Positions 53,082 to 64,000 of a DNA stretch of 64,000 bases are shown here, in pieces. The DNA is taken from assembly GCA_001949185.1 (NCBI GenBank), contig BDGG01000007.1, positions 507,401-571,400 on the forward strand, read 5' to 3'. Position numbers and translations under genes: made by a program. The number at the start of each line of letters is the position of its first letter. Within the stretch, counting starts at the first letter, position 1. The notes beneath the pieces were generated by a model. The model saw only the letters and a program-made list of their open reading frames with translations, was not told the origin of the DNA and did no database searches. Source of the DNA: Ramazzottius varieornatus. Its lineage: Eukaryota > Animalia > Tardigrada.

Positions 53082-54444
53082 TCATGTATGGGCTTCAAAA
53101 GCAGCTTCGTTTTCAGTAGCAGCGTCTGAAGACTCATTGGCTTTCCGTTCTTGTGCCTCCGCCCATGCACTGTGCGTTTCGGCGGCGAACTCAGCGGACG
53201 AGATGGCCTGCTCCAGCTTTTCTTTATAGTCGGCGGCGGATAGGTTAATCTCCTTTAACCGTTCTCTATTACTTATCATAGCTGGCGTCATGTCAAATGG
53301 ATCTAAATTGTTTGAATAGCCATGGAGGATTGACTCGAGGGTCAGGTCACCGTTGCAAAGTTCCCAGTCACATCTACAGACGTATTTATCGCCAGGCTCT
53401 TTAGTGCAACCCTGGTTATAATCATCATACGATACTCTGTAATCGAACATCCCAAGAACAGGAAGGGCCATCTGAACCAAATCGCTACACAGTCGATCCA
53501 TGCCCACCTCATCTGGAACACAAAGATCTGTCTTCACACGCTGAAACCAGTGTCCGAATCCATCTCGTCCATATCCGGAAAACCCAGAAGGACAAACCAA
53601 ACCAAACCAACATCACAGCATGTACCGTACAGTACGAAATTGTACTGGCTTGTGTTACCAAATAGCCAAGCCACATCGTGAGATTCAAAGAAGTTTATGT
53701 TTTGAACGATTTCGGCGAACCGATTTTGTAACGATTTTTTTTTCAAATGACATCTTATCGAAGCTGAGAATATCGTGGGGTAAGTGTGCCGCACCTCGTC
53801 TTACGGGCCGCCGATGCCCAAATATAGTGTGACAGAAGGGAACCTCAACCGGGTGGCATCAGCAATCTGTCATGAACGAAGGAGCCAACTTACCAACTGT
53901 TGGGACAATGTTGGTTCTTGCGAAATTGTCAGCCAGTGTCTTTACGTTGTAGAAATAGACTGTGCAATATGGAACGTCGCAGGACTTTACGGGCATGGAT
54001 ATGTTGTGCTGTTCGGTAGCCCAGTTCCCTTTGTATGGAGAGAGCCGTTTGTCATTGCCGCTCAAACAAGACTGTCGCTCAGTGAAGTTAGGGAATCTGG
54101 GCAGAGCTTTGAAAAGCCCGACGAACGCGAATGTCCTACATTCGTAACAGTTGTAGTGACCTTCTATCGGTGCTGTGGCGTTCTTTCCCGGTACTGAAAT
54201 TCACAAAAACCTTCATGATAATATGCTGATCGAATCTGTACTTTAACCGCGAATACAAGTCTAACATGTGAACAATCTGAGGCCATATTTTTTATTCACG
54301 CGAAACTGAATTACTTCGGCGTATTGTTACCGACGTGGGAGTTGTGGTGTCCGTAGTATTACTTGGCCCATCACATCTTATCGTGAAGAATGCGTGAAGC
54401 CAAAGGATGACACAGTATGGCACGCATCCAGGGCAGACCTTCAT
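53082..54444 (-). CDS. Secreted Ly6/three-finger (quiver/sleepless-like) Cys-rich protein, possibly disrupted
   Basis: Signal peptide MKVCPGCVPYCVILWLHAFFTIRC, then YNCYEC, SCDVPYC and terminal VCRCDWELCN, with a Glu/Ala-rich tail. The frame break near 53870 and the acceptor near 53585 do not resolve cleanly. Confidence 0.5.
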
Positions 54445-55089
54445 ATATGTAACTAAAGCATCCGTCAAATAAGGCAGTGGAGGGTTTTTCAAATGAGACC
54501 TGTGCCGAAAACACCAAGAGTTCCAACGGAGCTGGACCGAACGAGCGTAACGCTGGTGGAAAGAAGCTGGGCGGCTTTGTGTCTAGCGGGGAGTATGAAA
54601 TTAATTAGAAGTAAGATCGCAGCGACAAAATTCAGCGTATCTGCCTGTCAATCTACGGCTGCAGAGTTTTGGCGGATCACTGGGACGGTTTACTGTCGTC
54701 AGGGTTACAACCGGCAGTGAGAAGTGCTACTTAGCTGAGACACAATCTCGTCAACAAGCGAACCGCCGGGAGAAACGTACAGCTCGGTGACATGAAGTTA
54801 TCCTTACAGAGAGCTCAACATCTCAAGTCACAGTCAGCTCCCTCCGACACTGTTCCACTTCCAGACATCTCATGTCATTGTATCATTCAACCATGCCCCG
54901 AAAACGCGACACTATTTGGGGATGAAACTTTGATAGTTTGGAAGAAGGGACCACCACGGATTTGCGAGGTCGCCTGTCCTAGAAACAACAAACTCTCGAA
55001 GATTTGACGTGTGTTAGGGTCAATTTATAGAATACTCATCCATACCGTTCAACATTAGAGAGGAATCCAACGGAAGCAAACAACGCCAA

Positions 55090-55918
55090 CAAGGGAACGG
55101 AGTTTGGTCTGGGAGTCCAAAACTCTTTCGACTTTTGGTATCGAAAGCACTCGGTGCTGGCTACTGTTTCAAGGTACTTTCAACTACCGGTGAGAATCTT
55201 TTGGCCAGAGAGGAATTTAAAACCAAGACCCGTTCGTACGCAGAAGCTTGATCATACCAGTTATAGTGGCGCACTTCGTGTACGGTTTTACAGTTCAACT
55301 GCGCAACTTAATGGACATTACACACAGTATCTTGTGGAGTAAAATCAAACGACTACTCAGTGTAGTTGTGCAGTTATTATAAGCAACAAAAACGCATTCC
55401 TTTTTTCGACACCAAGAACAAGTAACGAAGTTTGGCGACGGAGCACAGTCATCACATCCATCAGCTTCCTCGTCAAAGCAAACCAAATCAAACAAAATCC
55501 GACAAAGGGATTAACAGTTCCAGAAAAAGAATCGTAGCGAATAAATAGAATATGGCGCAAACACAAGCAGCGTTGTGATTGCGATACCGCGGTCTACGGA
55601 GAAATCAGGATGGTGGTAATGGAGTCATGTCTTTCACAGTTTGCCATGAGGCACAATGCACGTTTGGCTTGCACACCCTACTGTGTGTAATGTTCATTAA
55701 GTTGCGCAGTTCAACTGTAAAACCGTACTTGACGTGCGCCTCTATAACTGGTATAATCAAGCTTTTCCGTCTGAACGGGTCTTCATTTTAGATTCCTCCC
55801 TGGCCAAAAGATTCTTACCCGCAGTTGAAAGTACCTTGAAAAAGTATCCAGGACCGAATACTTTCGATACAAAAAGTCGAAAGAGTTCTAGACTCCCAGA
55901 CCGACCTCCGTTCCCTTG
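55090..55918 (-). mobile_element. Tc4/Tc5-like foldback DNA transposon derivative with ~240-bp TIRs
   Basis: 55090-55329 and 55679-55918 are imperfect inverted repeats starting CAAGGGAA. The flanks are CAA and TAA, fitting a TNA-type TSD with one change. The core encodes FDLVCF...CDDC...FVTCSWCRKK, like the Cys-rich C-terminus of Tc5-type transposases. Confidence 0.8.
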
Positions 55919-56264
55919 TAAGCTTCCTGCTACTCCGTAAATTGCCAGTTCTCTAGTCGCTGGAGAAGATCTTATTTCAGTTGCTAGAATAGCTTCCCTG
56001 GTTGTTTCTGCGACTTTTCAGTATCTGCGCTGAATTACCTGTACGGTGATAAGACAACCCCTCAAAACCGCAAGCTGGTTCATTCAGGAATGGCCACATT
56101 CCAGCAGACCAATAATGTCGCTTATTTCGGTCAGATTAGATTTCATAGAATCTTGCATCATCACAGTGTGTAACGTGTATCCAGTCCAAATGTAGCTAAG
56201 CCTCACCTCTTTGAAGTTCAGATCAGCTCGGCATACGACATACAAACATTTGCGTACAATGAAA

Positions 56265-56557
56265 TACGGTAATAGTTTCCGGTCGGTGACGCTTGACGAT
56301 AACGATTACCACACGATGGCGGTGAACATCGTCACCGTCAAAAAACGGTATGGACTCTACTGTGTTCGGCGAAAGCCTGCTGACGGTAAAACGATAGCTT
56401 TCGCTCCGCTCCCGCAGACTAAAGGCCTGGTTTCCGCAACGTGACGGTAACGATAAAGGCACTCCGGCGATTTTTTGATGACGTGCAGGAGCCATCGTCA
56501 TCGTTTGGTTACCGTCGAGCGCGTCCGACCAGACACTAATGCTCCCAAATTACCGTG
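56265..56557. mobile_element. MITE-like element with TA-CGGTA termini and internal GACG(A/G)T subrepeats
   Basis: tacggtaat...ggtcggtgacgcttgacgataac versus gttaccgtcgagcgcgtccgacc...attaccgt. Confidence 0.55.
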
Positions 56558-57078
56558 CACTGAGCCACATGATGATCCATCGTTGCCCAGTTGAACTGAC
56601 CTTCAATTTTTAAACTCACTCGTTGATACAGTCTCTACCAGGCGTTGATACAGTATATGCACAGTAATAGGGGGACTGCAGCCTGGTTTTTAAACACGCG
56701 TAGCGTTTTGGCGACCTTAGCAACGTCATTACATTCGAACCTTATGCGAATAGTTGACCCACCGCTTGCAGGACCCGTGTTGGATGGAAGGGAAGTGCAA
56801 TATGTCGTCCGTTGCAGCTGAGGTTTTAAATACTCGGAATGCTGATTTTGAGAAATGGAGTGTCTATGCGCCGTTGGTCCTTCTACTGACATTCAACTCT
56901 ACGAAGGACAGATCTAGAGTTCTTCCACCGACTTTCAACTGTCGTAGTACTCTGTAACAACCTTGAGCTGATCATGGGGGTGATCCGGACCCGTGGTTTC
57001 TTGTCCTAGAGGCCGGGTGGTGCGTTTTGGCTTTCCGCCAGTAGTTCAGAACAGAAAGCGCCAGCAGTTTTCGTACTG

Positions 57079-57222
57079 TACTGTAATGCTTCATGAACTT
57101 CGCGAAGCACGTCATCATACTCGTGCAGTTGAGTCCTGGTCCAAAAACTTTGCCCTATCAACCCCCCTAAGGGATGTTTCGCGCGTATGATGAATTCGCG
57201 AAGTTCATCAAGCATTACAGTA
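57079..57222. mobile_element. MITE with 26-bp TIRs and a TA target duplication
   Basis: ta|ctgtaatgcttcatgaacttcgcgaa ... ttcgcgaagttcatcaagcattacag|ta (25/26 match). Confidence 0.85.
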
Positions 57223-58011
57223 GTTTGAGTGTTTGCGTTGTCCACACCGCTGGCATCGCAGTACCGGGTTGTCTATTATTCCATAGGAATGTTTTAGTCG
57301 GGTTTTAGTATGACAAATCAATTGTGTTGGTCATGGCTTTGTTGGTGATGACGCATGCAATGTACGGCAAAACAGACATCAGAAAATGGGCGTTGGTTGA
57401 TACCAGCTTGTTTAAGCCAATCGAGTTTGAGTATTTGACTGATTCGGATGATGACCGACTGTCTGTGTTTAAGACGCTCCGCCCCTTTTCTAGGGTCTGT
57501 TCTGTCGTGCACTGTCCACACTCCAGACTTTTTCCAGACTCATCTCAAAGAGTTAAAGACCCAGGAGCAACACTTTCTGAGTCAAAGTCCCAGAAACAAC
57601 ACCCAGAAACAACTCCCAGAGGTAGGTAGATTGAAAGATGTCAGCTTCTACCAGCCATTCTTTCGATGGAGTAGATGAATCCGCAGACGTAAAAGAAGAC
57701 TTAAAAGAATGCTAATCCGCCCATAAGCGCTCACCCGTTCGACGCTCGTGACGGTGGTGACACCTAGATAAAGCTCATATAAGCTCATTATGCGCCCCCT
57801 GGCGGAAAAAACTTTGCAGAAGAAACCCTCGAAATGCCCTTGTGGGTAAGGGGCATTTCCAGGGTGTTGGAGTGTTTGATAATTTTGGGGTGTTTTTGGC
57901 TTCCAAGTTTGACGAAGGATCTCCTCCCGTTTGCTTTCTGATATCTTCCCCTGCACCAACCTTGACTTCAGATCTTCAGATCGTGTCCTGATTTTTACAT
58001 GCACAGAAACC

Positions 58012-59287
58012 ATGGCAGTTGCGTTCAAAGCCGTCACGATGGGCCCGCTGTTCGCACGAGTGTCCAGACCGTCAATACGGACACTGCTGACGTCGTCGCC
58101 CAACCATGCCGCAGCTGCCACTGCAACCACCACCTCTTCTTCCTCCGTTCCCGCTGTGGGTGGACAGCATACGAAGAAAGTTGTGGCGTTGTCGCACGAT
58201 GAAGAACTGACGGCTTTGCCGCCTTTGATGCCAACAGGAGAAGTGACTATCTACGAGCATCCCGATCGCGATTTGGTCAACTTCCCCCGACCACAACAGC
58301 CTTTGTATGGTGGCCGTACTCGCATGGGTTTCATCCCGGAAGAATGGTGAGTCACTTTTCTTAATTTTTGACCCTGTGTCCGTGCACAAGCTCTCGCTGG
58401 GAGTTCTCTTGAAGAGATCATTGTTCTCAGTTCAAACTGAATTCCGTGTTGGCAGTTGCATCTTGCTGCGTCTTGCACCAGCATACTGCTGTTCGTTGAG
58501 TGTTCTGGTTTTATTCGCATGTGCGCGTCGACGTGGAACTGTTAGGCACATTGCAACAGCGTGCATTAGTACAAAGCCTTGGTTTCTCGTTGTAGTTGGT
58601 GTATGCTGGTTGTTTCAAGTTGTATGCTGGTGCTCGATGCCTTGTGCATTTCGTCTGCGAGTGACATATGCACTTAATTGGGCGAGTTGATTGCGCCGAT
58701 CCTGATTTTGTCTCTTCTGTTTCAGGTTTGACTTCTTTTACAAGAAGACTGGCGTATCTGGACCTTACGTCTTCGGTGCAGGCTTGATCACAACGCTTCT
58801 GTCGAAAGAAATATGGGTGGTGGAACACGAGTTCCCGCTGATTCCACCCATGATTTTCCTAATTTGGTTGGCCATGACCAAAGGAGGACCCAAACTGTCC
58901 GCTTACTTGGACAAGGAAATCGACAAGAGCGAAGAAGAGCTGATTAAGGTTCAAGAAGACAACATCATCCACGTGCAAGAACAGATTCAGGAGGAGGAGA
59001 AGGCGCAGTGGATGGCCAAAGGACAAAGTATGCTCTTTGAAGCCAAGCGGGAGAATGTGGCACTGCAGTTGGAAGCCGAGTACCGAAGACGCCAGATGGA
59101 GGTCTACAGAGACATCAAAAAACGACTGGACTACCAGGTAGAAATCCAGAGTGCTCGACGAAGTGTCGAACGTCGCCATATGATCAACTGGATTATCAAC
59201 AACGTTCTGAAGAGCATCGATGAGAAGCAGGAGAAGCAGAACCTTGACCAGTGTATCAATAATTTGAGCAAACTGGCTACTGCCTGA
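58012..59287 (+). CDS. ATP5PB: ATP synthase peripheral stalk subunit b, mitochondrial (exons 58012-58346 and 58726-59287)
   Basis: DRDLVNFPRP...RMGFIPEEW|FDFFYKKTGVSGPYVFGAGLITTLLSKEIWVVEHE...LFEAKRENVALQLEAEYR...KKRLDYQ. Confidence 0.96.
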
Positions 59288-59647
59288 ATTTTATCGTCTT
59301 TACTCGTGCTGTTCGCATACAATTTTAGATTTATCGTCTGTTTCTTGGATTGTGTTTCCGTAGCTATTCTCTATCCGTTTCGGGCTGAGAGCAGTTAAAC
59401 TTTGGGATAAAGTTTACACTGGAAGACCGAGGAAAAATGAACTATTAATGTAAATTTGGCCTGTGTAGTGCGCACACATTACATCATAACCACGGTACAG
59501 TATATCCATGTCATGCTAATCAAGGTTGGAACTGAATGGCAATCAACCCATCATGTTCTGCCTGCATCAAATTCCCCAAGTTTGTATCTCCAGCTCGAGA
59601 CGTCCTGGAAAATTCCATCTGAACTTTGTTTGTAGGCTCGGACAGGA

Positions 59648-62600
59648 ATGACGCTACAAAGGACACTTTCTCTCTTGCTGAGGGGAAGAGGTCTAGGACT
59701 TCTCATCTCAAGACAGCGCTTCGAATCAACCACCCGTCACGTCGACTCTGCATCTTCCCGATCAAACTCTCCTTCTTTCGCGCCCAAGCCATCTAAGACT
59801 ACTTCATCAACCGTCGTTGATGACGCCAAGACCGAGTACCAAGTTGGAAAACAGCTACACGGTTTCACCATTCGAAAGACGCAAGATGTGCCCGAGATGG
59901 CCCTCCACGCAACATTCTTGCAGCACGACGTGACCGGCGCTGAATACCTCCACGTTACCCGCGCTGACCACAACAACGTCTTCGGTGTGGCCTTCCGGAC
60001 ACCTCCGAGCGACAGCACGGGAGTGGCGCACATCTTGGAGCACACGGTACTGTGTGGCTCGGAGAAATACCCCGTCCGTGATCCTTTTTTCAACATGCTC
60101 AATCGCTCGCTGTCGACGTTCATGAATGCCATGACCAGTAGCGACTGGACCATGTATCCCTTCTCGACACTCAACCCCAAAGACTTCAAAAACCTTATGA
60201 ACGTGTACCTGGACGCTGCATTCTTCCCTCGGCTAAGGAACGTCGACTTCCGGTGAGAATTCCAGATTTCAGAAAGCTGAATCCATGGGCTCGAATTTGA
60301 CTGTAAATGTTTGACGTTAGAATGACGTCATGTAACACAAATACATACCGTCATCTGTTCGGACATCAAACACCCATGTGGGGGTGATCCTTTTTTCAAC
60401 ATGCTCAATCGCTCGCTGTCGACGTTCACGAATGCCACTCGATCAGTAATCGACCAAAGTAATTTGATGTCCGCTGTGACGTAATCAGAAATTCAACTTT
60501 CTACACTTTGGTCATTTGGGCGCAGTGACGTCATGCTCTTGCCCACCACGATGCGCATCTGATGTGTCATGCGCCTGCATACCACCGCTGGGTATGGTTT
60601 GCTAAACTTTGCTGGTGGAAACGTATGCAGGTTGCTGTTCAGCGTGTTTTCATCTGCATTAAACTCGACTCTCTCTCTCTCTCTCTGCGTACTTTTCGAT
60701 ACCGGATTCTTTCCAGGCAGGAAGGAATTCGTCTAGAACCAGAAGATCCAAAGGACCCCAGCTCGCCCATAGTTTTCAAAGGAGTCGTCTTCAACGAGAT
60801 GAAAGGAGTCTTTTCCAACCCGGAGAACATGTTCGGGCGCAGGATCCAAAACTACCTTCTTCCCACTGGCACTTACTCCCACGAAAGTGGCGGCGATCCT
60901 CTGTCCATACCCGACTTGACATGGGAGCAGCTTCGGCAGTTCCACAAGTCCTACTACCACCCCAGTAACTGTCGCTTCTACACATACGGTGACATGCCTT
61001 TAGAGTCTCATCTCGAGAGCATCCAGGAGAAGGTGCTAAAAAAGTTCCAGAAAGCTCGGCCTGATTCAGCGGTTCAACCTGAACCTCGATGGTCTTCTCC
61101 AAGAGAGGTACAGGAAGAACTCGGCATTATCTAACTGTCAGAATATCGCTGAGGTGTTTTCTGCAGGTGACGATTGAAGGACCGATTAATCCACTCGCGC
61201 CTCCGGATCAGCAGTCGACGGTGTCGGTGGCGTACTTGCTACCGGAAGTTCTCGACCCTTTCGAGAACTTTTGCATGAGCGTGGTGGCGAAGCTACTGGT
61301 CAGCGGGCCTAAAGCGCCCTTCTACCAGTCGCTACTCCAGTCTGGATTGGGGGCTGACTACGCCCCGGGGACTGGGTTTGATGGGTCGATTCGGGAAGGA
61401 GTCTTCGGTATAGGTCTCAAGGTGGGTTCCACATTTACTGTCCTCGACAGAACGAGACTTCAGGTTTGCATTTCAAGCATTCTTTTGGCATCTGCTCAGT
61501 TCGATTCCTGTTGTTTTTTCTTGTGCCTTATAACTTCGCTAGCACAAAAAAGACCTTTGTAGTACTGCCGTTTTTCTGCGTTCTAGTTATTAATAGTGGC
61601 TGGACGGTATGCTTTGAGCTTTGGTTTTGTAGAACATCAAGGAGCGAAATGTTCGAACGGTCATTGAGACCATCTCTTCGACGATCGATCGCGTGGTTGA
61701 TTCCGGCTTCGATATGGAACGTGTTGACGCCATTCTCCACGAGATCGAACTGTACCTGAAGCACCAAACAACCAGCTTTGGGCTTCATGCCTTCTTTGGC
61801 CTGATGTCCAGCTGGAACCATGACGCGGATCCCATTCAGCACCTCCAAGTCTCCAAAGTCGTTGAACGGTATTACCCGGCCATAACCAAAGAACTGTTTT
61901 CGCTTGAACATTCTGAGGAAAGCTTTGGGACGTCGGGAAATAATCCAACCTAGATCGTAGACTCAAGTGACGCACGGTTCCATTATTATTGGCTGAAAGC
62001 GTGCTCCACTTGGGAAAGCGATCTGGGTAAATTCATCTTGCGACGTTCCAGTTTTCAAATGGAGTTCAATCAATCATGCGTGGGTTATTTTATTTTCAGG
62101 TTCCGGCAGACGCTGAAAGATGATCCACACTTTCTTCAGAAGAAAGTGAAAGAATACCTGCAAGATAACCCTCACCACCTGACGCTAATCATGCAGCCCA
62201 ACGCACTTTACGAAGAGCTGATCAAGGGAAAGGAAGCCGAGCTCCTGGCTGCCAAAACGAAAGACGTGGATGAAGCCAGGAGGGAACAGCTAGCGAAAGA
62301 AGCTGAAGAACTCCTCGAAGAACAGAACAAGAAGCCCGATGTCTCGGTTCTTCCTACGCTGAAGATTACGGATATCGAGAAAAGCCTGCCTGGGAGCGAC
62401 ATCGAACGAGTGCAGTTCAACCATACCCAGGTACAACAAAATCTCGCAAATTGAAAATCAAAGAAAATTTGACGCAAGCCAAAGCATCCAAAAAAGACGC
62501 ACTTAATTTTTATCTTCGAAAATTCGAGAAAGATTCAATCTGATTTCCTTTCTACGCTAAAACCTTCTATATCACAATATTTGCTGTTTAAAAATTTTTA

Positions 62601-64000
62601 AATTCTAGTTTGATTTTAGGTGTTGTGTGTCAGGGCGCCGACGAACGGTGTGACGTACTTCCGGTCGATGATTAGTACCGAGAAGCTCGACGAAGCCCTT
62701 CTTCCCTACGTCCCGCTCTTCTGTACAATTGCCACCAGGATGGGCGCTGGTGACATGGACTACAGACAGCTTTCACAAAAGATCGAGTCCAAGACGGGTG
62801 GGCTGTCGGTGTCCGACCACACTAGCCACTACTTCGCTTCGACGGAAAAGTTCGAACAAGGCATCGTCCTGGGCTCGTATTGTCTGGACAGGAACATCTC
62901 CGAAATGTTCGGACTGTGGAAAGACATCTTCAACAGAATACGCCTGGACGATATGGAACAGTTCGGGGTGTTGGTCAAGCAGGTCGCTGCGGATCTGGCG
63001 AGCGGGCTGGCTGACAACGGCCATGCTTATGCTATGGGTAAAGTAACTATAACCTTAGAAACGTCGGCTACAGACTCGACAAGATTCGTTTCCTAAACTG
63101 GCGCACGTTTTCAAAGTTATTGGCTGAAAGAGTGCGCCACCTGGAAAACTGTTATTGCTCAGTTTGTAATATTTCCTCAAACTGGCGCACATCCTCGTGA
63201 TAGGCTGAAAGCAGGCGCCACTGGAAGTCGCGATCTTGTCCAGTTTGTTTGCCGCTTTGCCAATTGGCTTTCGGGATAATTTTCTTCGCAGTACCGCGAT
63301 GCATAAACTCATGCCGGGCGGGTTTTAGGTTACTCGGCCGCGTCACTAAGGCCCGCCGGAAAACTCCGTGAAGAATGGAGCGGCATCTCCCAAGTCCATC
63401 TGATGAAAGACGTGGGTGAGTCGACCGACTTGACACCCACACTAGGCAAGATGCGGGCCATAGCCTCCCACCTTCTCTCCAACGGTCGGATGCGTTGTTC
63501 CCTCAACGCCACACCTGACACCATGCACGGTGCCCAAGAAGAGCTCCAGAACTTCCTGGAGACCATCTCCCACAGTCCGGAAGACCAGCATCTGGTCACC
63601 GACCAAACCTTCACTCCTTCGTCCAAAGAGACCCATTTGACGTTTCCTTTCGCCGTACACTACGCTTCTCGTTCCTACCCTATCCCCTCTTTCTCAGAAG
63701 ACGAGTACGCTTCCTCTAGGTTACTGGCTAAAATACTTAGCTCCAAGTTCCTCCATAGGGAGATCCGAGAGAAAGGTGGGGCGTATGGCGGTGGTGCGCG
63801 AGTGAGCCACAATGGTCTCTTTCAGTTCTATTCGTACAGAGACCCCAAGAACCTCGAGACGTTTGAAGCTTTCGACAAATCAATAGACTGGGCTGTCAAG
63901 GGCGAGTTCTCGTTACAGGATATTGACGAGGCCAAGCTATCGGTCTTTAGTGAAGTGGATAAGCCTGTCGCGCCAGGTGATAAGGGAAAGCGAGAGTTTA
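59648..64000 (+). CDS. PITRM1: Presequence protease PreP (M16C), runs off the window end
   Basis: [46 protein letters not shown] (inverted HXXEH), [41 protein letters not shown] and FYSYRDP. Confidence 0.97.
60384..60437 (+). repeat. 54-bp duplicate of PITRM1 exon 1 (60078-60131) inside intron 1
   Basis: gtgatccttttttcaacatgctcaatcgctcgctgtcgacgttca(t/c)gaatgcca, 53/54 identical. Confidence 0.95.
61968..62008 (+). repeat. TGGCGCA-N27-TGCGCCA element (degenerate) in a PITRM1 intron
   Basis: aagTGaCGCAcggttccattattattggctgaaagcgTGCtCCActt. Confidence 0.75.
63099..63220 (+). repeat. Two tandem TGGCGCA-Nx-TGCGCCA elements in a PITRM1 intron
   Basis: 63099-63139 has perfect arms and an N27 spacer containing ttattggctgaaag. 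63183-63220 has an N24 spacer. Confidence 0.8.

Noticed and set aside
57324-57629. 101-aa ORF upstream of ATP5PB
   Set aside because: No recognisable homology; it may be an ATP5PB 5' UTR exon (donor near 57620).

Overview
Intron-rich animal genomic DNA with short introns (mostly 50-70 nt). The divergent GPCR and natriuretic-peptide-receptor-like families and the compact gene structure suggest a eutardigrade, which is inference only. Conserved housekeeping genes occupy both ends: TCERG1, V-ATPase subunit C, MRPL17 and PTCD1 at 1-10.7 kb, and ATP5PB and PITRM1 at 58-64 kb. The ~47 kb between them holds an OATP/SLCO transporter, a PPP1R42-like LRR gene, a ZP-domain membrane protein and a Ly6/three-finger-like gene. 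It also holds two tandem ANF-receptor-ectodomain+TM genes with no visible cyclase domain (one a pseudogene carrying a near-intact LINE), two GPCR pseudogenes, and many MITEs and other transposon relics. The most unusual signal is a fixed-geometry inverted motif, TGGCGCA-N(26-27)-TGCGCCA, seen about 10 times and found paired only in introns of PTCD1 and PITRM1. A 54-bp copy of PITRM1 exon 1 also sits inside a palindromic element in intron 1 of the same gene. Exon coordinates were assembled by eye from GT-AG sites and homology and may be off by a few bases.
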